Made by a program: the position numbers and the translations under genes
Notes under the pieces: generated by a model
Seen by the model: only the letters and a program-made list of their open reading frames with translations
Databases searched by the model: none
What the model was told of the DNA's origin: nothing
DNA from: an uncultured cyanobacterium
Lineage (GTDB): Bacteria > Cyanobacteriota > Cyanobacteriia > Cyanobacteriales > Cyanobacteriaceae
Assembly (NCBI GenBank): GCA_963749915.1
Contig: CAVVOP010000022.1
Location: 256,001-320,000 of the forward strand
Direction of reading: 5' to 3'
Length of the DNA: 64,000 nucleotides
In this document: positions 44,418 to 53,983 of the stretch, piece by piece
Numbering within the stretch: the first letter of the stretch is position 1
How the letters are laid out: each line of letters opens with the position of its first letter

Positions 44418-45851
44418 TTATTCGTTGACGATTTCTAAGGATTTCCCAGTAGTTTCTATTCTTAATAAATAAGTTAAAATTGCTGCTAATATACAACACA
44501 AAGCGAGAATATATAGCAACATTGGTACACCCAAATTTTCTTTTAAAATTGGAAGCATAAAAGTTCCTAAAACAGCGCCTAATTTTGCGATCGCACCTGC
44601 TAAACCAGCTCCACTAGCACGAATTGGGGTGGGAAAAACCTCCCCAGAGAGCAAAAAAGTAGTGGAATTAGGACCGGCATTCATCAAAACATTAAAGATA
44701 AAAAACCCCAGAAAAACAAGTATTAAATTAGGATCCTGATTAAGATTAGGATCTCCAGATATTCCTAATAAGAATAATCCCAAAGCCATACCTATAAAAC
44801 CAGTAATTTGTAAAGAAATTCTGCCGACTTTATCTACTAAAAAAACAGCGAATAAAAAGCCAATAATTAAAAATATATCTACGATGGCTGAACCTTGAGC
44901 AGATTGTATCTGACGAATCATAAAATTATCTTCCTGCTCAAAAGCTAAAACGGCGATAATAATAGGGGTAAAAATCCCAATACCGTAAGTAGCTATATCT
45001 TGTAAAAACCAAGGCAAAGAAACGAATAATGTATTTTTCAAATATGTTTTCGAGAATAAAGAGCCATAATTAAGGGAAATTTTTGGCGGTAAAGGCTCTG
45101 TATCTGGAGTAATTTTTATCTCTATTTCTAACAATTCTTTAGCCGCCAATTCGGCATTTTTATAATCCCCTTTAGTAATATAATAAAGAGGACTTTCTAA
45201 GAGAAATTGTAACCGTAAAAATCCAACTAAAATCGCTAAAATTAAGCCAACTCCTAACATTAAACGCCAACTATATTGGATAATAATTAAATTTGCATCA
45301 GAATATAAATTCTGTAAACTACTAATTACAAAAATTCCCGTTAATGCACCAAATAAAGCACCCACGGCTTGAAAGGTAAAAGCACTTATCACCATTCTTC
45401 CTCGTAAATGAGAAGGCATATTTTCGGTGATATACGCTACACTAATGGGATAATCTGCACCGATGGCGACACCCACTAAAAAACGGAAAAAAGTCAATGA
45501 GGTGGCATTCCATGCCAAAGCCGTGCCCGCAGTTGCAACTACAAAAATAATCACGTCAACGAGTAACATTTTTTGCCGCCCAATTTTATCGGTGATGGCA
45601 CCTAAAGTTAATGAACCAATCAAAGAACCTAGAATCGCCGCTACAGCTACCGAACCTATTTCTGAGGAAGTGAGGTTAAAGTCTTTTTCTAAAAAGGGTA
45701 AGGCGACACCGATAATAAAAAAATCGAAACCATCAAGGGCGATTAATCCTGCCGATAATATCCATAATAACCACATTGAGCGAGTTAATTTGGACTTGTT
45801 TAATACTGCTTCAAAATTACTCATTTTATTTATTACTTGGTAGCGCATCAA
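44418..45851 (-). CDS. MFS transporter (sugar porter / phosphate:H+ symporter-like)
   Basis: DGFDFF, DKIGRQ, GADYP.S, GPNSTTF..GEVFPT.IR; about 12 TMs; start may be 45824. Confidence 0.88.
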   Translation of the reverse strand: MMRYQVINKMSNFEAVLNKSKLTRSMWLLWILSAGLIALDGFDFFIIGVALPFLEKDFNLTSSEIGSVAVAAILGSLIGSLTLGAITDKIGRQKMLLVDVIIFVVATAGTALAWNATSLTFFRFLVGVAIGADYPISVAYITENMPSHLRGRMVISAFTFQAVGALFGALTGIFVISSLQNLYSDANLIIIQYSWRLMLGVGLILAILVGFLRLQFLLESPLYYITKGDYKNAELAAKELLEIEIKITPDTEPLPPKISLNYGSLFSKTYLKNTLFVSLPWFLQDIATYGIGIFTPIIIAVLAFEQEDNFMIRQIQSAQGSAIVDIFLIIGFLFAVFLVDKVGRISLQITGFIGMALGLFLLGISGDPNLNQDPNLILVFLGFFIFNVLMNAGPNSTTFLLSGEVFPTPIRASGAGLAGAIAKLGAVLGTFMLPILKENLGVPMLLYILALCCILAAILTYLLRIETTGKSLEIVNE

Positions 45852-45890
45852 GAGAGAGGGCAGAAGGTAATAAATTCGTGAAAATTTCCC

Positions 45891-45925
45891 TTCTGAATTC
45901 TAAATTCTAAATTCTAAATTCTAAA
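45891..45925. repeat. Heptamer tandem repeat (TTCTRAA)x5
   Basis: ttctgaa followed by four ttctaaa units. Confidence 0.8.
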
Positions 45926-45998
45926 TTTCCCTAACAATGCCGTTTTCGGCACGCTTCCGAACAGTATTGCTTCGCATGTAGTTGGGTCTATCAAGGTG

Positions 45999-46042
45999 AA
46001 AAGCAGAGTGCAGAGGCCCCGAAAGGATCCTGCACCCTGCTT
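45999..46042 (-). terminator. GC-rich terminator-like hairpin after a truncated gene tail
   Basis: AAGCAGGGTGCAG...TTCG...CTGCACTCTGCTT(TT); a G-U pair favours the minus strand. Confidence 0.55.
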
Positions 46043-46072
46043 GCTGGTGAAAACCAGACTTTAGATCTCAAC

Positions 46073-46174
46073 TTAGATCACCGCAATGTTGCCAGCCATC
46101 GAAGCAAACGCCGGACGTTTAGCAAGGTTGGCAAGGATCGAAGACCCGACACCTGGGTCAAAACCTCCACCGTT
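46073..46174 (-). pseudogene. 3' tail of a GC-rich gene cut off by IS4
   Basis: Open frame from the IS4 end: NGGGFDPGVGSSILANLAKRPAFASMAGNIAVI*, followed by a terminator-like hairpin. Confidence 0.45.
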
Positions 46175-47799
46175 CTGAAGGGGTGACGAGCAGCCCAAAA
46201 GCTATATTTGGTAATTAATTCGGCTTTTTGAGATACTATATAAATTGATAGTATCTCAAGTTCTTATTGAGAATAGCCTTATTGTATATATTGAGATTTG
46301 TGTTAAGTAACATAGTTAGTCCCTTAATTTTTTCGTGATCAGCACAAGTACCAGTAGTTTTATTTATTTTCAGTACAACGAAAAACTTGCCTAAAATTAA
46401 TTAGCGTAATATTTACAATAATTACCTTAGGTTTATTCATAGACTTTCATTATTTCATCTTTTGCTTTCAACCCTCGGTGATAAAACGTTAACTTGTTAC
46501 TATTTAAACTTATTATTTTATTAATTTCCTCTTAATATTTTTCATATTTATTTGCCCAACTTTCACCATATAAACCAATCCAAAATTCACTGTTTCTTTT
46601 TGTTTTTCTTCTTTTTTCTTGTGGTCTTCCTATATATTTTTGCTGTCCTTTATTTTTAATTATTCTTCCCTTCAATGTTTGCTTTGTATAGGTCATAGAA
46701 ATCAATAAAATTACATTAGTTAGTCTTTGTATATTTGCTTTACTTCCTTCTAAATTATAACCTCCTGTTTTATAATCTTTGAACATCATTTCAATACCCA
46801 TTCTTTGCTCATAAATCTTGATTACTTCTATTTCATTCTCTAATGATGTTAAGATATACCATGGTTCTTCACTACTTTTATTTTTTCTTTTTCTTTGATG
46901 ATATATTGCTAAATTATGTCGGCTAAAACCAGTCTTTTTTGTAACTTTTATCCCCGTCTTTATCTGCTTTACTCCCCTTTCAATCTCTATATCTGATAGT
47001 TTTTCATACTTTTTACCCCCTCGATGATAAAAAGTACCCTGTTTTTGTCTGAGGGCAAAATCGATTTTATTTTTCCTTTTTTGTTTCTCTTTTTTCAACC
47101 ATGTAGCTAACTCAATGGAATGAAATTCTCTATCTCCTATGATCATAATATGATATTTATTTAACAATTTGATTACTGGTCGAATTAATGCTTTTTGTTC
47201 TTGAAGATTACTCGCTCCTTTTTTGTTCAAAATAGTCCAATAAATTGGCAATGCACGACGAGAATAAATTAAACTAATCATAAAGACATTATTCTCTTGC
47301 CATTGAGTTCGATCTAAAGCGATTATCAAGGGAAAATTACAGGGAATTTGTTGATGAATAATTGTGAGAATAATAGGAAACCAAATTAAACTAATACTTA
47401 AACCCGTAAGCACCAAAAATCTTTGAATGTGTCTTCGGCGACTTTCAAACAAAATTGGCAAGGGAAAATAAGTGGCTAAGGTTTCTATTTTAACTTGTTT
47501 ATACTGATTTAATAAACCAATTAAAATTGATAATGTTTGAAATTGTGTTGGTTTTAAATATCGATTTAAATGTGTTTCAAAATCTTTTAACAAACTAATC
47601 ATTATTAGTAAGAAATATAATTACAAGTACTAATTGTGCCAGATTTTGTCTGTTATTTAACCAGCATTAAAAGAACACTTAATATTTCTGGTGTCGCTAT
47701 ATTCTCAATAAGAAATTAGATTTGAGTTAATTTAAAAGTCAACTTAGCTCTTGAAATGTTTACAGTTTAATCGTTTCAGAGGTGTCGTCACCCCTTCAG
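46175..47799 (-). mobile_element. IS4-family element
   Basis: Perfect 15-bp IRs CTGAAGGGGTGACGA (46175) / TCGTCACCCCTTCAG (47785-47799) around a DDE transposase; no clear target duplication. Confidence 0.85.
46433..47602 (-). pseudogene. IS4 transposase with an in-frame premature TAA at 46532-46534
   Basis: IALDRTQW, IGDREF, Y..RMGIE.MFKD.KTGGYNLE; frame continues EEINKIISLNSNKLTFYHRGLKA to a stop at 46433. Confidence 0.78.
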
Positions 47800-47815
47800 G
47801 TCGTCACCCCTTCAG

Positions 47816-48101
47816 GTTATTAGATTTAACTGGTGTGGTATTTACCTTCGATGCTCTTCATTGTCAAAAAAAAACTTTATCGGCGATCGCTCACTCAGGC
47901 AACGACTATTTAGTGAAAGTCAAAGCTAATCAACCAAAACTATATCAACAAATAGAAACAGAATCGAAGCAACAAATCCCCAAACAAACAGTGGAAGATC
48001 ATGAAAAAACCAGAAATCGTCAGAGTTACCGAAAAATAGAAGTGTTTGAGCCTCCCGAAAAGCTAGATCCTAAATGGATAGGTGTTGGTTGTGTGATTAA
48101 A
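47816..48101 (+). pseudogene. Internal fragment of an ISAs1-family transposase
   Basis: LDLTGVVFTFDALHCQKKT...GNDYLVKVKANQPKLY; cut by IS ends on both sides. Confidence 0.82.
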
Positions 48102-48226
48102 CCCACATTCCGCACGTCAAACTGTATAAATTCAGATTACGAGGTTAGAAGTTGAACAGTGATTGACTACGACAAGAAATACTCGGTGATTAGTTCTCTA
48201 GCTTATAAAGAGAACTCAGATAAATT

Positions 48227-49588
48227 CAGTAGATCGAAATAAAAATTTTACTGATTTTAGATTTCATTGTGTCTTACCTACTGATATAATATTTACTTAT
48301 ATTATTTTTAGTTTGATATTGTTGGTATATAAACATTGGTTTCTACCTGAAAAATTCTTTCTATTGTGTGGTTGAGAAAAGATAACATTTGTTTTAAAGA
48401 AAATATTTTATTATAGACTAATCTTCCTCCTTTTCTTGGCTTACTTACTTTTTTCCATAATATTTTTACCCATATATTAACTAATAAAAATGATATTCCT
48501 ACAAATAATAATCTCCAAACTGGTTTTTTTGTTGTCGTTCTAATTCTACAAACATTTTTCATTCTATAACTACTTTCAATACCAAATCTTTTTCGGTAAC
48601 AAGAATGAATTTGCTCTATATTTATCTTAATCTTATTTATTACATAGATATAGTATTCTCTTCCTTTTTTTCCTCTTTTTCCTTTTTTATATTTAACAAT
48701 TATTGCTAGGCGACAATCTACATAGTCTTCTTCATTTTTTAACATTTTATAATTAGTCTCATAGCTTTTTCTTCCTCTCATAAATTGTTTTATTCCTGCT
48801 TTTTTTCCTCTTCTAATAGCAGGAATAATGAAGGGTATTTCTAATGCTTGTAACCATCTAATTATTGATATGCTGAAAAATTCTCTATCCAAATATAATT
48901 TTTCTATCTTTATATTTAAACTCGATAATTCTGATAACAAATGAGTTAAGATACAAACCTTCGTTTCTTTCACTCGAATCGCTCTAATTCCTAAAGTTAC
49001 TCTTTTATTTTTTTTAATCGTATATATCGTTGCATATCCATAAAAAGAACAAGTTCCATTTTTTGCTTGACTTCTACAAATATAAGGTTTTTCTTCTTGA
49101 TTGGGTTCCCCATAATAACCAATCAAATTAAAATCAACTGCTACATTTAAACAATTATTTTTTAATCCAGAAGGAATTTGATTTTTTAATGCTGTATTAA
49201 TTTCTTTTTCTAATTTTAAGAAATCAGATATTTTTTTGAGATGAAATCGAATATTATTTCCACAAGTTGCTAATTTTAATTCTTTAGAAGAATTTTCTAT
49301 AGTATTTTGGGTCGAAGCGGCTCTTACTAAAACCAGAAATAAATCATTATTTTTCCTTTTACCATGGTCGTTTAAAGAAATATTTTCATTGAGACAATCT
49401 ACTACTTGTGTTAAGGTTTCTTGATCAGTTAAAACCAGTTTTTCTTGTTGATTATTATATTTTTGCTTCATGGGATAAAAAATATAAATTTTAATTATAC
49501 TATTTCTTCATTATCCTCTAAAATAGAACCCTTTACTTAGTACTTATGTCCCAATAATCTCTTTATTTTTTTTCCTTTCGATCTACTG
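48227..49588 (-). mobile_element. ISH3-family element, apparently intact
   Basis: 13-bp IRs CAGTAGATCGAAA / TTTCGATCTACTG flanked by a 5-bp duplication AAATT (48222-26, 49589-93). Confidence 0.88.
48308..49471 (-). CDS. ISH3-family DDE transposase
   Basis: VAVDF.LI.YYG, LYLDREF, YRKRFGIESSYR. Confidence 0.82.
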   Translation of the reverse strand: MKQKYNNQQEKLVLTDQETLTQVVDCLNENISLNDHGKRKNNDLFLVLVRAASTQNTIENSSKELKLATCGNNIRFHLKKISDFLKLEKEINTALKNQIPSGLKNNCLNVAVDFNLIGYYGEPNQEEKPYICRSQAKNGTCSFYGYATIYTIKKNKRVTLGIRAIRVKETKVCILTHLLSELSSLNIKIEKLYLDREFFSISIIRWLQALEIPFIIPAIRRGKKAGIKQFMRGRKSYETNYKMLKNEEDYVDCRLAIIVKYKKGKRGKKGREYYIYVINKIKINIEQIHSCYRKRFGIESSYRMKNVCRIRTTTKKPVWRLLFVGISFLLVNIWVKILWKKVSKPRKGGRLVYNKIFSLKQMLSFLNHTIERIFQVETNVYIPTISN

Positions 49589-49648
49589 AAATTAGTAGAA
49601 AAATGAGCAACGTTTAAGGGATAATTAAATTCAGTTTTTAATTTAATT

Positions 49649-51312
49649 TTGGAAATGATATTTTCAGAAGATATACAAGTTCAAACCATTAATCATTTAG
49701 GATTAATTGCTGGAGTTATAGATGAAATTGGCATTGAAGAAATTATTAATGATGCCCTCGGTATTGACGAGAGGGAAATCGTGACAGCAGGTCAAATAGT
49801 CAAAGCAATTATTCTGAACGGATTAGGATTTATTTCTCGACCTCTTTATCTATTTCCACAGTTTTTTAAAGACAAAGCCACAGAACATTTAATCGGAAAA
49901 GGAATACTACCTGAGCATTTGAACGATGATAGAATTGGAAGAATAATGGATAAACTTTATGAAAAAGGATTATCTTCATTATTTTTAATTATTGCTTTAG
50001 CCACAGTAAAAAAATATAATATCAACATAGATTTTTCTCATTTAGATTCAACTTCTTTTGCGGTAGAGGGGAAATATAGTCAGGAAAAAATCACCAAAAA
50101 TTTGGTCAAAGAAAATGCAGAATTAGAGTTAATTAATCAAATTCCAATTAAGATAATTAAAGGTTATTCCCGTGACCATAGACCAGATTTAAAACAATTT
50201 ATTTTGGATTTAATTGTGAGTGGTGATGGTGATATTCCACTATTTTTAAGAGTAGCAGATGGTAATGAAAATGATAGAGCAGTTTTCGGCAAAATAGCGA
50301 AAGAATACAAATCAATGATAGATTTTGAGACGATGATAGTGGGTGATAGTGCCTTATATACAGAAAATAACCTGAAATTAATGAGTGGAATAGAATGGTT
50401 ATCGAGAGTTCCACTATCAATAAAAGAGGCAAAAAATTTAGTTTCAGAACTATCAGAATCTGATTTGACTCCAAGTAGTTTAGAGGGATATTCATGGTGT
50501 GAAGTAAGGAATAATTATGCAGAAATTGAGCAAAGATGGTTAATAGTAGAAAGTGAAAAAAGAAAAGTATCAGAGCTAGAAAAACTAAGGGAAAAAATAG
50601 AGAAAGAAAAAGAAAAAACCGAAGAAATATTAAAGAAATTGATGAAGGAAGAATTTAGCTCATCAGAGGGAGCTTATGAAACAGTTGTGAGACTAAATAA
50701 GACTTTAAAATATCATCACATAACCGAGCTAAAAATGACAGAAAGTGAGTTAAATAATCACAAGAAAAAATCGAAAAAGAAAGAAGAAAAATCGGGAAAA
50801 ACTTATCAAGTTACGGCTATTTTGAAATCAGATTTAACGAAAATAAACGAATCAAAAAAAAGAGCAGGAAGATTTGTGTTAGCTACAAATAGATTGGATA
50901 AAAGTAAATTTAATTCTGATGAAATTTTAATTAAGTATAAAGAGCAACAAGCCGCAGAAAGAGGTTTTAGTTTTCTGAAAGATCCATTATTTTTTGCCGA
51001 TAGTGTGTTTTTAAAAACCCCAAAAAGAATCGAAACAATGGCAATGTGTTTTTGGGGTTATGTCTGTTAGTCTATTCTTTGGGGCAAAGAGAAGTGCGTC
51101 GCTTATTAGAGGAGAGAAAAACGAGGATAAAAAATCAGCTAGGAAAACTAACGGAACGTCCAACGTTAAGATGGATATTTCAATGTTTTCAGGGGATTCA
51201 TTTAGTAATAAATCAAGGAATAAAACAGATAGTAAATCTAACAAATGAACGAAAACTAATTTTAAGTTTTTTCCCGATTTCTTGTCATAATTATTATATT
51301 TTATCTGGATAA
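49649..51312 (+). pseudogene. IS1634 transposase, frameshifted near 51045-51056
   Basis: HLDSTSF, GYSRDHRPDLKQ, ERGFSFLKDP; the C-terminal LCLLVYSLGQR...PTLRWIFQCFQGIH is in another frame. Confidence 0.85.
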
Positions 51313-51600
51313 CTTGATAACTTATTGGATTTAAGAGTCTAAATATTCTCAATTATAATACCATAAATAAAGAATAGAAAACTGATAGATTTGCTCTGTT
51401 TATTTATTCTCATTAAAGGTGAAGTTATTGACAATGAGATTTTAATTTGAGCAAAGTTCGCGAGCACAAAACGCGAATAAAGAAGATATTGAGTATTATT
51501 ACTTATATTTTGTCCAAAATAAGTTGCTTGGTTTTAATACTTTTATCATCTTACAAAGTGACGTGCGGAATGTGGGATCTTAACATAATCCCCGTGGGTG

Positions 51601-52301
51601 ACCCAAAAATCAGTTAATTTTTGTTAATAAAATTTAAGTTTTATTTCTAATTACTCTTTTAATCTGTTTCTAATTTCATAATAATTATGTTATTTTTAGC
51701 TAAACTTAAAAAAATCATGGAATTAGATAAACTTTTTTATGAAATTGATGATTTTTGTTTGATTTTTGAGCCACATTTTCTGAGTCAACTTCTTGATTCT
51801 TCTGAGAGAAAAAGAATCAAAAATAGTCAATTATCTTTGAGTGAAATTATGACTATTGTTGTTTATTTTCATCATTCTCGTTATCGTGATTTTAAACATT
51901 ATTATCAAGATCTTATTCTTCAGTATCATTATCCAGATTTTCCCAATTTAGTCAGTTATAATCGTTTTGTTGAACTAATGTCATCGGCTTTAATTCCTTT
52001 AATTTTTTATCTCAATACTCGTAAAGGACAATGTAATGGTATTTCATTTATTGATACTATGGGCATCCCTGTTTGCCATAATAAAAGAGCAAAACGAAAT
52101 AAAGTTTTTGCTAATTTAGGGCATTGGGGGAAAAGCTCTATTGATTGGAATTTCGACTTTAAACGACCTTTAGTTATTAATGATCAAGGTGAAATATTAG
52201 CTTTTAAAATAACAGCAGGAAATGTTGACGATCGAAAAACAGTTCCTTATTTAACTAAAAATTTATGGGGAAGATTATTTGGGGATAAAGGGTATATTTC
52301 T
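51601..52301 (+). mobile_element. Truncated, decayed IS982-family element
   Basis: ACCC left end; LSLSEIMTI, FPNLVSYNRFVEL, GNVDDR, LFGDKGYIS; frame broken at the MITE end. Confidence 0.8.
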
Positions 52302-52522
52302 CAGGGCAAACGCACACGTTTCTTTACATTTCGATTTAGTCTATGATCAAGAACGATATTTCAAGCTTTGAGCAACGTGCGATCGCTTCATGATCAATAA
52401 AACTTCGATTAGTCACGGGAAATAGTGTAAACTACCCAACCTAACTGTTTTTCTAAAATCTTTGTCTAGCAAGCTTTTTGGCTCTTTCCCTGAATTGTGA
52501 ACTTTTGTGTGCGTTCGCCCTG
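52302..52522. mobile_element. 221-bp MITE with CAGGGC ends (ISAs1-type)
   Basis: IRs CAGGGCAAACGCACAC / GTGTGCGTTCGCCCTG (15/16 match); no transposase ORF. Confidence 0.75.
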
Positions 52523-53240
52523 GGATAGGGTTGTATTTGTCTCATTACTCTCTTTCTACTACATCAGCTATTTTGCCATATTGCTTAAGCAAATCTCTTT
52601 TCTAAAACTTTACCATTTTATTTAATCTTCATTCCTGAGGTTGGATTCAACCAGAAATTGATCATTAATTTGGTAAAAGTTATTCATAAATAATATTCAA
52701 CTATGATAAACAGTTAATTAGCAAGAAGTTTTGAATAGCAAGCATGAATGACCTGTGACAAAATATTGCCCGAAACCTTTTTTTTAGAAAAGTTATAGGC
52801 AATATTTTTACAGAAATAGAGAAACAAAAAAAATCAGTAATTTGATAACTCAATTTAAACCCTTAAATTTAAACCTTTATAAAAATATATCAAAAAAAAT
52901 GCAAAAATCTAGTGTTTTTTCTGAATTTTACACAATCTTTATACTTCACACAATTTTTATAAACCTTAGGTTCAGAGAAGGAAACACAGCCGAAGTATCC
53001 AAGATTATCCGTCCCCAGTGCCTCAAAACAGTCTTGACACACCACTAGTCAATACTGCGAGGGTTTTGGAAAATATAATTGTCGGCGGTGGTAAGGCAGG
53101 AGGGAGTCTCCATGAAAATTTTTGAATTCTGAATTCCCCTAACCAAGGCGTTTTTGAGCCTAAACGAGGAGTATTGCGGTCCACCTTAGCTTCCTAATTT
53201 CTCCTTCAAAAATTGTATAGAAATAATCAAATACAAGGGG

Positions 53241-53269
53241 TTGACTTTCCCAGAAAAACGTTATATGAT
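53241..53269 (+). promoter_or_regulatory. Sigma70-type promoter
   Basis: TTGACT-N17-TATGAT upstream of the DUF3155-like gene. Confidence 0.65.
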
Positions 53270-53320
53270 TTTCTAAAGTGTAGTAAATATAACATTTAAC
53301 TTATGAAGGAGGAAGTAAGG

Positions 53321-53641
53321 TTGGCTAGAAAAAGAAAACGTAAAAGTCGCCGCCGCCTTGAGGGACGCAAAATTCTCGAACTAGTGCCTCACTACTATAT
53401 CGAAAGTGGAGAAGATAAACCAGTAACAGCCGCTCGGAAACATATTAGAGCGAATCGTGTTACTCCTCCCGCCTTATTAGTGGTTAAAAGAAATGAACAT
53501 ACTACTGATCGGTATTTTTGGGCTGAGAAAGGCTTATTCGGCGCTCAATACGTTGAAGAAAATCATTTTCTTTTCCCTAGCTTAAGAGTCATTAAACCTC
53601 AAGTAAAAGTGACTATTCCGGCTTTATCAACAGTTCATTAA
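53321..53641 (+). CDS. DUF3155-like conserved cyanobacterial protein
   Basis: ARKRKRKSRRR.EGR.ILE, RNEHTTDRYFWAEKGLFGAQY; probable TTG start after AGGAGG. Confidence 0.8.
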   Translation: MARKRKRKSRRRLEGRKILELVPHYYIESGEDKPVTAARKHIRANRVTPPALLVVKRNEHTTDRYFWAEKGLFGAQYVEENHFLFPSLRVIKPQVKVTIPALSTVH

Positions 53642-53983
53642 TATTATATAAGTCATAGTTTTGAATAAGTAGATAATCACTGGTTATACGTTAGTTATTG
53701 CTTGGCATATATAAGATTTTTCTTTACTTTTACTAATTTTAAAAAGTATGATCTAATCTCATATATTTTCTCTTACTAGATTGTGAAAATAATATTTTCT
53801 TGGTTCACTTATCTGGCTTTAATATTTCATCGATATAATTAAACAATTTTTTTAGCATTTCTGGGGTTTTACCCCTATTTTTTTGTTTAATAATATAGGT
53901 TCTTCCAGAGTGGTTATGACAAAATAGATTAAAAAGTTAAGGAATAGGGATAGGCAACAGGCAATAGTCAATTAACTGAAAAC

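Larger units (their letters stand above)
48102..51576 (+). mobile_element. IS1634-family element carrying a nested ISH3
   Basis: Perfect 18-bp IRs CCCACATTCCGCACGTCA / TGACGTGCGGAATGTGGG. Confidence 0.88.

Noticed and set aside
45930..46200. tmRNA, RNase P RNA, 6S RNA or intron
   Set aside because: No tRNA-like ends, tag peptide, GAGGAAAGTCC or intron domain V motif; the right part is an IS4 end.
47751..48155. 134-aa ORF as a real gene
   Set aside because: Chimera of IS4 end sequence, an ISAs1 fragment and the IS1634 end.
52302..52330. CAGGGCAAAC as a c-di-GMP-I riboswitch start
   Set aside because: No following GNRA stem; it is explained as a MITE inverted repeat paired with 52507-52522.
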